From IMG/VR virus record IMGVR_UViG_3300043803_001519, positions 1 to 53,318 of that record: a DNA stretch of 53,318 nt; one strand, given 5' to 3'. The stretch is from a virus. Its lineage: Duplodnaviria; Caudoviricetes. Of this stretch, positions 33,987 to 43,519 are shown piece by piece. Positions within the stretch are counted from its first letter, which is position 1. Every line of letters begins with the position of its first letter. Under the pieces are notes generated by a model. The model did not search any database, had not been told where the DNA came from, and saw nothing but the letters and a program-made list of their open reading frames with translations. A program made the position numbers and the translations under genes.

Positions 33987-36599
33987 TTACTGGTTGACGC
34001 CGGTCAGGCGGGAGCCGAAATTCGTGCACTGGGCCACGATGGTCCCGCCGTAGGTCGTAACGCCAGTCTGTAGGCCGCTGTTGGGGTCGACCCGGCCCTC
34101 CAGGCGATACCTGACAGTGTTCCTGGCCCCGAGGTAGCTGTCCCTCTCTAGCAGGCTGGTTCGCCGAATGACGGACACGTCGAGGGTCTGGTAGACAATC
34201 GGGTTGAAGGTCTTGGAGGTGATGTCCTGGACCAGGGGGTCGAAGATCGGGAGGCCATAGCGCTTGCTGCCCACCGGAGACCACTCGCCCGCGCCGTCGA
34301 ACTGGCACGTAAAGCGGAACTGGATAGTGCGCTGCGACGACCCGCCGACGTTCCGGGCGTCGACCTTCGCGCTGAGGAGGATGCCCTCGGTCGGGTGCTG
34401 CACCCGCTTGAAAGCATCGGCGTTCGTACCGTGCCAGGGGGCCACCCAGTCGATCTCGGGGCCTAGCGCCACCCATTGCGCGGCCGTGAGCGCATAGTTG
34501 TTGTCCCACTCAAACAAGCGGGTGATGGCCAGGTCGAAGTCGAGCCCGGCCGTTGTCTTGGGCCGGAACAAGGTCTCGGCGCCGACGATCTCCGGCGTCT
34601 GGAGCGTCCCGGTCATGTAGAGCTTGCCGAGGGCAATGTCGTACCAGAACTTGGCCTGGGCGCCGGGGGACCCGCTCTCCGAGCCTTTGACCCCGGACCC
34701 AATCCAGATCGGGAACGTCGCGTCGCCCTCGAGCTCGACCCGGACGTCGCCCTGGGTCTTGATTATGCCGCCGATGACGAGCTCCGACTCCAGCTTGTCG
34801 GCCGTGACCGCGCCTGCCTCGATGTGGACTGCCTGGACGGCGTTGGCCTTGATCTTCTCGGACTCGACAGCCTCGGAGAAAAGCTGGGCCGCGCGTACAG
34901 CGCCGGCGGCGATCTTGCCGAACTCGACCGCGTCAGCGGCGATGTTGACGGCTTTGACCTCGCCGGCCAGGATCTTGCCGGACGTGATCGCGTTGGCCGC
35001 GATGTTGTCGGCCTTGACCTCGCCCGCGGCGATCTTCTCCGAGGTGACGGCGCCCACATCCAGCTCGCGAGCGGTGATGGCCGCGGCTTCGATGGTTCCG
35101 GCCGTGACCGCGTCAGCCGCGATGTTGCCGGCCTGCACGGCGTTGGCGGCGATGTTGCCGGCCTGGATCGCGTTAGCGGCGACGTTACCGGCCTGGACCG
35201 AATTGGCCGCGAGCTTGCCGGCGATGACCTCCTGGGCCCCGATCTTGACGGCCGTGACCGAGTTCGCCTGGAGCTGGTCAACGCCGATGGCGCCGGCGGC
35301 AACCTTGCCGACGATGACCGCGTTAGCCGCGATGTTGTTGGCCTCGACCGCATCGACCCCGAGCTTGCCAGCGATGACTTCGCCCGCGGCGATGGTCGTC
35401 GCCGTCACGGCGTTCGCGGCGATCTCGCCCGCGCGCACGGCGCCGGCGGCGATCTTGCCGGCAATGACCGCGTTGGCCGCGAGCTGGCCAGGCCCGATCG
35501 TACCGTCGGGGATGTACGTCTCCGCCGGCAGCCAGTCCGCCTCGGCGGTCGAGTAGCGGTAGAGGATGTTGTCGGACGTCAGCAGTACGACGCGCCCGTC
35601 GGTCAAGCCCGTGGTCGGCAGCGTCCCGACAACCTCGACCGGCGTGATGCCGGCGGCGAGCTCCGTGAGTCCGATGGAGGAGGGGGCAATCTGCCCGGCG
35701 GCAATCTGCCCGGCCAGGTCCGCGGCAGGGAGCTTGTACTCCCACTCGTCGTCTACCAGGCGGTAGATCTTGCCGTTGGTGGTAAGGAACACAACCTTCG
35801 GGCCGGTGTAGCCGGTCGGCGACGGCAGGGCGTTGACGACCGCGACCGGCTCGATGCCAGCGGCGAACTTGGTACCGGAGATCGAGCCGTCGGCGATCTG
35901 GTCCTCGTCGATCTCGCCGACGACGTCGACGGCAGGAACCGCAGCCGTCCATTCGCCAGAGACCAGGCGGTAGAGCTTGCCGTTGGACGTGCGGAATACC
36001 ACCCTGGGGCCGGTATAGCCGACCGGGTCAGGGAGGTCGTCGACGATACCGACAGCCTCGAGGCCGCTGGCGAGCTTGGTGCCAGCGATGGTGCCGTCGG
36101 CGATGAGCGCCGGATCGATCGGGCCGCCGATGTCAGCAGGGTCGATCACCTTGGTCCAGATGCCCTCGACCAGCCGCCAGAGCTTGCCGTCGGCCGTGTT
36201 GAAGACAACCTTCGGGCCGGTGTAGCCGACCGCGCTGGGGAGGCCGTCAACGACGCCGATCGGCTCGATGCCGCTCGCGAAGCTGTCGAAAGTGATGGTG
36301 CCGAAATCTCCGCCGCCCTCGATGATGACGGTGTTCCCGCCGCCGGCGGCCGGCGTGACGCCGACCTTGACGAGCTTGGTCATCGTGCCCGTGATCGCGG
36401 AGGCGATCTCCGCCCGACCGGACCGCTGCACGGCCTTGACGAGGCCGGCGGCCTCGAGCTCGCCCAGGGTGACGTAGCGGTCCTTGGACGCGCCGCGGAA
36501 GCCGTCGGCGATCTCGATGGCCTCACGGACGGCCTCCAGGAAGGCCCGGAGCTCGCCCGTTACGCCACTGGGGATCTCGAGTGACGAGGCAGCGCGCAT
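33987..36599 (-). CDS. Tail fibre protein
   Basis: Three to four copies of a GIEP..VV..LP...YTGPKVVF....GKLYRLV repeat, then long 10/20-aa ANAV(T/I)AGKIAA repeats. Confidence 0.75.
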   Translation of the reverse strand: MRAASSLEIPSGVTGELRAFLEAVREAIEIADGFRGASKDRYVTLGELEAAGLVKAVQRSGRAEIASAITGTMTKLVKVGVTPAAGGGNTVIIEGGGDFGTITFDSFASGIEPIGVVDGLPSAVGYTGPKVVFNTADGKLWRLVEGIWTKVIDPADIGGPIDPALIADGTIAGTKLASGLEAVGIVDDLPDPVGYTGPRVVFRTSNGKLYRLVSGEWTAAVPAVDVVGEIDEDQIADGSISGTKFAAGIEPVAVVNALPSPTGYTGPKVVFLTTNGKIYRLVDDEWEYKLPAADLAGQIAAGQIAPSSIGLTELAAGITPVEVVGTLPTTGLTDGRVVLLTSDNILYRYSTAEADWLPAETYIPDGTIGPGQLAANAVIAGKIAAGAVRAGEIAANAVTATTIAAGEVIAGKLGVDAVEANNIAANAVIVGKVAAGAIGVDQLQANSVTAVKIGAQEVIAGKLAANSVQAGNVAANAIQAGNIAANAVQAGNIAADAVTAGTIEAAAITARELDVGAVTSEKIAAGEVKADNIAANAITSGKILAGEVKAVNIAADAVEFGKIAAGAVRAAQLFSEAVESEKIKANAVQAVHIEAGAVTADKLESELVIGGIIKTQGDVRVELEGDATFPIWIGSGVKGSESGSPGAQAKFWYDIALGKLYMTGTLQTPEIVGAETLFRPKTTAGLDFDLAITRLFEWDNNYALTAAQWVALGPEIDWVAPWHGTNADAFKRVQHPTEGILLSAKVDARNVGGSSQRTIQFRFTCQFDGAGEWSPVGSKRYGLPIFDPLVQDITSKTFNPIVYQTLDVSVIRRTSLLERDSYLGARNTVRYRLEGRVDPNSGLQTGVTTYGGTIVAQCTNFGSRLTGVNQ

Positions 36600-38851
36600 C
36601 AGTCGAGCATCAACTCAGCCACTGAGTCACTGATATGGATGAGGTGGACCGGCGTGGCTGCGGTCACAGCGACCTGGTACTCAGTGGCCAGGTAACCAGA
36701 GGGGAGGCGGAAGATGTCGTCGTTGTTGACCGTCCGGGTCGCGACGAGCTCGCCGTGCTTGTACAGCGAGAACGTCACCGGGTAGGAGTCGGCCACGACA
36801 CGCCCGCACGCCATGTTCAGTGGCTCGCAGCGCAGTACCTGCGAACGCCAGGTGTACGTGAGCGGTGACTCAGTGACTGCGTCCCACTTGCGGATCGTCG
36901 TGCCGCTCACGTAGAAGAGGGCGTCCTGCAGTGGCTCGTAGAGGATCGTGCTGGCCACCAGCGTGAGGTCCGAGAGGCCGACCGTGGGATTGCCGGGGTC
37001 GAAGATGAACGCCTTCGTCGGGCCGACGCCGTAGTAGGCCTGGTCGAGCACTGCGGCACGGAGCTGCGAGGGCTGGTAGGCCGCCCACTCGCGCTTGGTC
37101 ATGTAGGGCTCGGTGACGAGCTCAGCGCCGCCGGAGCCGATCGCGGCCAGGCCATCCGGGGATGGGTAGATCACGGTGTCGCGGACCACGACGACGCCGC
37201 GCTTCGAGAGGCACGGCTGCTCGAAGTCGACCTGGCGCGGGGCCATCTGGCGCGGGTGGGCGCCGGTCAGGACGTACGGCGTGCGGTCGGTCAGCACGAG
37301 CAAGCTCGTCGAGAAGACCGCGAGGCCGATGATGTTGGCGTCGATCTGCTTCTTGTACGGCCAGGCGTGCGGGTAGTACGGCTCGCTGAACCAGACCTGA
37401 TTGCCGATGAAGCCCGCGAGCGAGCCGTTGGGCAGGGCGACGATGCCGCGGAGGGCGTCCGGCGGCGGGTCCCACTCGGTCGTGGACAGAACCGCGCCGA
37501 GCAGCGTATTGGTGACGGCCTCCGTCGTCGTGGCGGTCCCGGCGTCGATCTCCTTGACGAAGAGATAGTCAGTGCTCTCGATGCCGGTAGACGTCCGGTA
37601 GATCCGGTACTTCGTGATGTAGCTGGTGTACGGCGACGCTGCATTCACGAGGCCAGACAGCGACACCGTGTCGCCGTCGTAGACCTCGAGGATCGTGCTG
37701 GGCGCCGACGGCGGGCCCTCTTCGTTCAGGCTCGTCACGTAGGTGTAAACGTACGCGCGCGACTCGACCAGGTCGATGTCGGCGTTACCCCGCCGGACCT
37801 CGAACCACCAGGCGCCGGTGCAGTTGAAGAAGGCCGTGCCGGTGTCGTCGCGCCAGACGGCGCGCTGGTTGTGCGTGTAGAGGAAGCTGCCGCCGGAGAC
37901 GTAGCCGTCGGGGGCGCCCCACGCCTCGGCGTCGTAGACGCGGTCGTTGTCGTTGAAGAAGAGCCGACCGGGCGAGATCTCGCTCGTCACCTTGAGGATG
38001 TTGCCGACCTTCAGGTTGTGGCCAGGGACCGCGAGCTCGGCGCCATCGGGGATGAAAAAGCGCGCCCCGCCGCCGATCTGGTGGGTCTTGCCCGTTTCCG
38101 GCTGCCGCGCCCAGACCGCATTGGGGGCAGTGGTGATCGCGATGTAGCCGATGTTGGCCTTGTTACGGACCGTGACGTAGTTGGCGTCGACGATCCCGGT
38201 TACCTCGAGCTCGGTCAGCGGAGCGACGCCCGACGAGATGATCGGGGCGAAACCATCGAAGGCGTACTCGGTCGTCGCGGCGACCGTGTTGATCTCGAGC
38301 CAGTCGGAAACCGCGGCGTTGCCGGGCCAGGTGCCGATGTTGTAGCTCAGGGACATCAGCAGCTTCTTCGTGCGGAAGAGGCCGCCGTAGAGCACCGGCG
38401 TCTGCAGCGCGCCAGGGGTAGCGACCGGGGAGCTCGCGGGGGCAGGCACGCCCATGTAGCGCCAGCTCTTCGGGTTCGTCGGCGAGCCGCCGCTGGCGGC
38501 GAACGTCTTCCAGGTCATCTTCGGGCGGGCGAGGCCGGCCAGGTTGCCCGGATCGTCGGGGGCACCGGTGAAGTAGATGCGGTCGAGCTCGTCCTCTTCG
38601 ACCGGGCTGCGGGCTACGTCGACGTCGGTGGGCCACTCCAGCCACAACGGAGCCCCGTCGTTCTCGTAGCGGTAGAGCGACGCCGGGTTCGTCAGGACCG
38701 TGTTGGCGACGCTCTGGCCGCCGCGCCAGACGTCCAGGGCCCCGGAGCCAAGGCGGACGTTGGACGAGACGGTGGCCTCGCCCTGGCCGAGCAGGCGGGG
38801 CGCGACGCGGGGTCGGAGCCCCCGGAAACCCTCGAGCTTAAATCCCGCCAT
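36599..38851 (-). CDS. Tail tubular/nozzle (stabilisation) protein
   Basis: N-terminal FRGLRPRVAPRLL; YVYTYVT...EEGPPS; VWFSEPYYPHAWP; FRLPSGY. Confidence 0.7.
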   Translation of the reverse strand: MAGFKLEGFRGLRPRVAPRLLGQGEATVSSNVRLGSGALDVWRGGQSVANTVLTNPASLYRYENDGAPLWLEWPTDVDVARSPVEEDELDRIYFTGAPDDPGNLAGLARPKMTWKTFAASGGSPTNPKSWRYMGVPAPASSPVATPGALQTPVLYGGLFRTKKLLMSLSYNIGTWPGNAAVSDWLEINTVAATTEYAFDGFAPIISSGVAPLTELEVTGIVDANYVTVRNKANIGYIAITTAPNAVWARQPETGKTHQIGGGARFFIPDGAELAVPGHNLKVGNILKVTSEISPGRLFFNDNDRVYDAEAWGAPDGYVSGGSFLYTHNQRAVWRDDTGTAFFNCTGAWWFEVRRGNADIDLVESRAYVYTYVTSLNEEGPPSAPSTILEVYDGDTVSLSGLVNAASPYTSYITKYRIYRTSTGIESTDYLFVKEIDAGTATTTEAVTNTLLGAVLSTTEWDPPPDALRGIVALPNGSLAGFIGNQVWFSEPYYPHAWPYKKQIDANIIGLAVFSTSLLVLTDRTPYVLTGAHPRQMAPRQVDFEQPCLSKRGVVVVRDTVIYPSPDGLAAIGSGGAELVTEPYMTKREWAAYQPSQLRAAVLDQAYYGVGPTKAFIFDPGNPTVGLSDLTLVASTILYEPLQDALFYVSGTTIRKWDAVTESPLTYTWRSQVLRCEPLNMACGRVVADSYPVTFSLYKHGELVATRTVNNDDIFRLPSGYLATEYQVAVTAATPVHLIHISDSVAELMLD

Positions 38852-39491
38852 ACGCGACGACTCGCGTAGGCCGACCGTAGTCGGCGTCAGCCCGGGACTT
38901 GGCGGCTTTGATGCCCTGCTCGTAGGACGACGAGTAGACGCCAGCCATCTGCGGATCGCTCCAGTCCTTGCCCGGCATCTTGAGGACGTTCATCAGCACG
39001 CCGGCAGTGATCTCCTCGGAGAACTCGTTCAGGAGCTCCTCCGGGATCGCCTGGACGGACGGCTGGACGCTGATCGCGAGGCGCAAACGGATGGCGTTCG
39101 TGTAGGCCGTGACGGGGCGCGGGACGAGCGCGTACTCGCCCAGGTTGAGCTTGGTCCACCAGGTCGGGCCACCGGCCGTCTCGTCCTGCCAGTTACTGAC
39201 CTGGCGATCGAGCTGGTCACGCGCCTTGAACGGGATGTTGAGCCCCGTCGGTACCCATGTCACGGCCACCGGCTCGACGATGTAGGTGTGCGCCGGCGTC
39301 ACGTTGCTAGTGGTCGGCCAGGTCTGGTTGGCCGAGATCGGCAGGATGCCGGTGTCCCAGCGCCAGGCGCGGGTCCGGTGGAAGAAGTCCTTGAGCGTCT
39401 CGACGTAGCGAGCGTGCAGCAGCGGCTCGGCGATGCCAGGGGCTTCGCTGCGGATCTTCCAGAACTCAGTACTGATCGCACGGTCAGCCAT
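38838..39491 (-). CDS. Head-tail adaptor/tail tubular protein
   Basis: FFHRTRAWR and MPGKDWSDP motifs; position. Confidence 0.6.
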   Translation of the reverse strand: MADRAISTEFWKIRSEAPGIAEPLLHARYVETLKDFFHRTRAWRWDTGILPISANQTWPTTSNVTPAHTYIVEPVAVTWVPTGLNIPFKARDQLDRQVSNWQDETAGGPTWWTKLNLGEYALVPRPVTAYTNAIRLRLAISVQPSVQAIPEELLNEFSEEITAGVLMNVLKMPGKDWSDPQMAGVYSSSYEQGIKAAKSRADADYGRPTRVVAYGGI

Positions 39492-40150
39492 CACGAACCT
39501 CCAGGCGGCTTGTTGGCCTGCGGGCCAACGCGGTACTCGACGACCGGCTTCTCGTTGATCGCGAGCAGGAACTTGTTGTAGAGCTGGGTCGCGCGCTCGC
39601 CAGACACGCCGTAGCGACTGTCCTTCGTGAGGGCCCGGTAGACGGCGTACTCGATGAGGCCGTTGTCGAAGACCGCGCTCAGCGGGCTATCGCCGTTGGC
39701 AGCGGCTGCGGCAGGGATCTCGGAGAACACCACGTACGCGTGCATGCCTTGCGTCGGCACCGGGTAGACGTAGAAGACGCCGGGCTCGCGAGGGTCGTGC
39801 AGGTAGTGGACGAGCTGCCCGCCGGTGGCGGAGATGGTCTCCCAGGCCGGCTCGAAAGTGTCGAGGGCGTCCCGCTCGACGTACCGGATCTGGGCGCCGC
39901 GGGTATCTGGAGCCGGCGAGTTGGCGCTGACACGCACGAACTTGACACCGGCCGCGGGGAGCGTCTGGCGGGCGGACAGCGCCAGGGAGAGGCGCCGCTC
40001 GACGATGTTGGCCTCCGGCTGCAGCACGATGATCTGGCGCACGCCGGCGTTGATGTACCGGACAAGCTCGGCGTCCGACCACCGGTAGGGGACCTCGACG
40101 TCGTTCAGGCCGTCACGGATCTCCGTAAGCAGTGTCGCGATCGCGGTCAC
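39491..40150 (-). CDS. Head-tail adaptor (DUF6682-like)
   Basis: RWSDAELVRYINAG, FYVYPVP and YAVYRALTKD motifs. Confidence 0.65.
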   Translation of the reverse strand: MTAIATLLTEIRDGLNDVEVPYRWSDAELVRYINAGVRQIIVLQPEANIVERRLSLALSARQTLPAAGVKFVRVSANSPAPDTRGAQIRYVERDALDTFEPAWETISATGGQLVHYLHDPREPGVFYVYPVPTQGMHAYVVFSEIPAAAAANGDSPLSAVFDNGLIEYAVYRALTKDSRYGVSGERATQLYNKFLLAINEKPVVEYRVGPQANKPPGGS

Positions 40151-40668
40151 TCAGCGGCCTCCTTGGCGGCCCGGCGCCGCTTGGCCGCGCGCTGGTGGAT
40201 GTCGATCGAGAGCGGGACGCCGTCGATGGCCGGCGTCGAGAGCGTGCCGTCGAAGAACTCGCCGTCCGGGAACGTCAGGCGGCCCTGGTCGAGCATGACC
40301 TTGGTCCACACGTTGAAGACCTCGGCCGAGGTGACCTTGGTGCCGGCAGGCAGGAACTTGGTGACCGCGGCGACCTTCGGGGAGCCGTTGAACACGCCGG
40401 CCTTGACGAAGTCTTCCTTGCTCCCGGACTCGACAACGCGCAGGACAGCGCCGTACAGGCCCTTGTCGACGGCGATCTGCAGGGCGGGCTCGAGGCCCTC
40501 CTTCGGCGGCGCCGCAACGCCGGTGTGGGACAGGAACTTGCAGCCGGCGGCCTTGGCCTCCGGGATGACGCCATCTGGCACCTCCCGCGGGACGCCAGGC
40601 TCGAACGGGAGGATGAGGCCGGAGCGGCAGGCAAGCCGCAGCGGGGAGTCTGAGTACATCAGCGGCAC
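40147..40668 (-). CDS. Hypothetical protein downstream of capsid genes
   Basis: GGAG RBS; coupled to the adaptor gene. Confidence 0.55.
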   Translation of the reverse strand: MPLMYSDSPLRLACRSGLILPFEPGVPREVPDGVIPEAKAAGCKFLSHTGVAAPPKEGLEPALQIAVDKGLYGAVLRVVESGSKEDFVKAGVFNGSPKVAAVTKFLPAGTKVTSAEVFNVWTKVMLDQGRLTFPDGEFFDGTLSTPAIDGVPLSIDIHQRAAKRRRAAKEAAE

Positions 40669-40685
40669 AGTGCCGTCTCCAGAAG

Positions 40686-40720
40686 TGAAAAGGCCCCGGG
40701 AGTATTAGTCCCGGGGCCTT
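40686..40720 (-). terminator. Terminator after the capsid/decoration genes
   Basis: On the - strand, AAGGCCCCGGGA-CTAATAC-TCCCGGGGCCTTTTCA. Confidence 0.75.
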
Positions 40721-40743
40721 GGGGCTGCCTCGAACCTGAGCAG

Positions 40744-41133
40744 TTAGCCCTGGTTCTCGTTGCCGCGGCCCTTACGGATGTAATGGACCGTGACGCGGAA
40801 CGAGCCCTGGCCGGCGGCAGCGCCGGTCGAGGCGTAGGTGAAGTCGAGCATGTCGGTCGCCGAGTACACGAAGCCCGTGATGGTCAGGGCAGTGCGCGCG
40901 GCGACCTTCAGGTCGATGTCATTGGCGTACCGGTTGGCAGAGCCACCGTCGCCGATGTCGAGGAGGTTGGTGGTCGAGTTGAACACCTGGGTCACCACGA
41001 TGTCACCGCCGATGACGATCGCATCGCCGGGGAGCTCGATCGCCGGGTTCACACCGGCGGCGAGATCGGCGTACGAGACGTCGACGTAGGCGACCAGCGG
41101 GTACTGGCGCTCGAAGTTCTGCTGGATGGACAT
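40744..41133 (-). CDS. Putative capsid decoration/cement protein
   Basis: Beta-rich 129 aa immediately after the MCP; AAGGAG RBS; ELPGDAIV...VFNS...LDIGD. Confidence 0.65.
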   Translation of the reverse strand: MSIQQNFERQYPLVAYVDVSYADLAAGVNPAIELPGDAIVIGGDIVVTQVFNSTTNLLDIGDGGSANRYANDIDLKVAARTALTITGFVYSATDMLDFTYASTGAAAGQGSFRVTVHYIRKGRGNENQG

Positions 41134-41151
41134 GATGCTGTTCTCCTTCCC

Positions 41152-42276
41152 TTAGATCGCGGTGTCGACGCAGATGACGCCGAAGTCTTCGACGGCTGCA
41201 TCGATCTGCGACCGGAACTTCGGCTTCAGGAGGCCGAACATCTTGGCGATCGCGATGGCCTGCTGGTTGTCGTAGTCGAAGCCCTTCTCAGTCCACTCCG
41301 GCGCACCGAGATCGACCATGCCGAGCGCCTGAGCGCCGGCGAAGATCACCCGCTGACCGTCGACCGCACCGCCGCCCCACTTCTGGCCGTTGGGGGCGCC
41401 AGCAGTGTTGTAGACGTGGCGGAACTCGTGGATCATGAGGCCCTCGACCAGGATCGAGCTGGACGCGCCCGCGAAGAGCTCGTTGCTCGAGCCCCGCACC
41501 CCGGCGTTCCGGGCGTTCGCGAGGTAGTCCGGGTCCTGGCGCAGCTTGGCCATGCCCGTCGGCGTCATGAAGACGTGGTAGATCTCCTCGCCGCCAGCGC
41601 CCTTGATGCCGCGGAGGTAGCGCTCCTTGGCGTACGCCTTCAGGTCGACGAGCATCGCCCAGGTCGGCGTGTCGGAGGTCGTGAGGTCCGCGTTCGACGG
41701 GTTGTGGGCCGCACCGATCCGCAGGCCATCAGTGGCGTCCCAGCGGCCGTAGCGGTTGGCCGTCGGAGCCGAGACGTCCGCAGCGAAATCGAGCTGGAGG
41801 AAGCCCGAATTCGCAGCGCGCGCGGCGCCGCGGTTCGTCTTGTCGTACGTCATGCCCGACAGGGTGAGGAAGCCGAGCTGGTCCATGCGATCGGCCAGCC
41901 AGTAGGACAGCACGTCGCGGGACTGCTCACGGAAGGTGACGACCGAAGCCTGCTCGGCCATCTTGCCCTTGTGGCGGTTGGCCTGGCGGAGCTGGTCGAT
42001 CTGCACGACCAGGTCGTAGGCCTTGATCTCCTCTTCGTTGCCCTCGAGCTGATCGTCGCCAGCGACGCCGTCAGTCTCCAGGTCCGCGACGAGGGTGAGA
42101 ACGGCACGGGTGCCCTTCTCGGACTTGGTGAGCTCGGTGATCCGCTGAATCATCGAGTTGGGGCCCTTGCCGGTGAACTTCGAGAGGAAGCTCATGTTGC
42201 GGGCCTGCTTCCACAGGTCGCGAGACCATACGGTCTTCTGCTCCGTGGTCAGCGCGTTGAAATTTGTCTTGGACAT
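41152..42276 (-). CDS. Major capsid protein (N4-gp56/DUF4043-like)
   Basis: TNFNALT..KTVWSRDLW, IQRITELTKSEKG, GDDQLEGNEE, IDQLRQA, GAQAL, FDYDNQ; AAGGAGG RBS. Confidence 0.9.
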   Translation of the reverse strand: MSKTNFNALTTEQKTVWSRDLWKQARNMSFLSKFTGKGPNSMIQRITELTKSEKGTRAVLTLVADLETDGVAGDDQLEGNEEEIKAYDLVVQIDQLRQANRHKGKMAEQASVVTFREQSRDVLSYWLADRMDQLGFLTLSGMTYDKTNRGAARAANSGFLQLDFAADVSAPTANRYGRWDATDGLRIGAAHNPSNADLTTSDTPTWAMLVDLKAYAKERYLRGIKGAGGEEIYHVFMTPTGMAKLRQDPDYLANARNAGVRGSSNELFAGASSSILVEGLMIHEFRHVYNTAGAPNGQKWGGGAVDGQRVIFAGAQALGMVDLGAPEWTEKGFDYDNQQAIAIAKMFGLLKPKFRSQIDAAVEDFGVICVDTAI

Positions 42277-42438
42277 CCTACGCCCCTCCTTGGGGTTGAG
42301 GTTAAACGAACGAACGAGTCAGCCGTCTGTGCTCGATTTACCGCCCGATCACCAAGGCGTGGACCGTCTGTTCTCGGTGACGAGCCGGGCTCCCTGTATC
42401 GCCGGGCGCCAGTTGCGATGAGCGGATCCTCACAGAAC

Positions 42439-42470
42439 AAAAAAGGGGCTGCCAATTGCTTGACAGCCCC
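42439..42470 (-). terminator. Terminator between the scaffold and MCP genes
   Basis: On the - strand, GGGGCTGTCAA-GCAA-TTGGCAGCCCC followed by TTTTTT. Confidence 0.8.
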
Positions 42471-42499
42471 CAAGAAGGCCAGGTGGCCTTGGTAGTGCG

Positions 42500-43516
42500 T
42501 TACGCCGCGATGAAGTCACCGCGCAGGCGGCGCCGGGTCGACTCCGGCAGCGCGTCGAGCTCCTTGTCGGTCAGCTTCGCGACATCCATCTCGGCACTGA
42601 CGCCGGCCTCGTCGCCGCCGGCGCCTGCGTTGGCCAGGGTTGGCGGGGCCTTCTTGGCGACTGCGACCTTCGCCTTGGTGGCGTCCTTGCCGGCCGGGAT
42701 CGTCACGACCTTGCCCTTCGCCGGCTTGGTGTCCTCCGCCGGCGGAGCGGCCAGGCCGTGGATCTTGGCGATCGCGTCGATGGCCTTCTGCATCGCGGCC
42801 GGGGCGGAGTCGCCCAGGTTGAGGCGAGTACCGAAGTAGGCCGAGACCTCCTCAACCAGGTCGGGGCGGAATGCCTCCTCGTTCTTCGGGTCGAGGGCCG
42901 GGAAAGCCTCCTCCGCGGCGCTGACGATGCGGTCAATCTCCCGCTGGGTCTGCGCGGCCTGGGTCGTCTGGGTCGCCTTGGTGGTCGCCAGGGCTTCGTA
43001 GGAGGCGCGCTCAGCGGCCCGGATCTCGGCCCGGATCGCCTTCGCCTCGGTGGCCTTGCCGTCGAGCACGGCCTCCATGTACCGCTCCTCGGCGGCGTCG
43101 AAGTCGTACTCCTGCTGGCTACCGGCCTCGGCGGCCTTGCCCTCGCGGGTCAGGCGCTCCTCGAGCGCCGCGAGCTTCTCCTCGGCCGCCTTCTTGGCCG
43201 CGTTGACCTGGTCGAAGCGGCTCTTGGGAATGCTGAACTCGGCGGCCTTCTCGGGCTCCTTCGTGTCCGCTTCGGCGGCCGGCTCTTCGGCGGCTTCGGC
43301 AGTCTCCGGCTCGCCGACGCCGCCCTCCGCGGGCTCGTCGGCAGGCTCCGGCTCCTTGGCGACGGCCTTCTCGGGCTCCGCTGCCGGCTTGTCGTCCGCC
43401 AGATCGTTGCCGCGGTCGGCGTTGCTGAAGTCCTCGGCGTCGAGCTCGTCGGTCTGGCCGCCGAAGTCCTCGAACGTGGGAACAGTCAGCTTCTCGTCCT
43501 TGGGGGGCATAGTCAC
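42500..43516 (-). CDS. Capsid scaffolding protein
   Basis: Acidic low-complexity N-terminus, IPKSRFDQV coiled coil, C-terminal RRLRGD; lies between portal and MCP. Confidence 0.75.
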   Translation of the reverse strand: MTMPPKDEKLTVPTFEDFGGQTDELDAEDFSNADRGNDLADDKPAAEPEKAVAKEPEPADEPAEGGVGEPETAEAAEEPAAEADTKEPEKAAEFSIPKSRFDQVNAAKKAAEEKLAALEERLTREGKAAEAGSQQEYDFDAAEERYMEAVLDGKATEAKAIRAEIRAAERASYEALATTKATQTTQAAQTQREIDRIVSAAEEAFPALDPKNEEAFRPDLVEEVSAYFGTRLNLGDSAPAAMQKAIDAIAKIHGLAAPPAEDTKPAKGKVVTIPAGKDATKAKVAVAKKAPPTLANAGAGGDEAGVSAEMDVAKLTDKELDALPESTRRRLRGDFIAA

Positions 43517-43519
43517 TCC

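Noticed and set aside
34780-35500. Repetitive DNA as a possible DGR or variable cassette
   Set aside because: These are degenerate protein-level tail-fibre repeats. No reverse transcriptase or adenine-specific template/variable repeat pair was seen.
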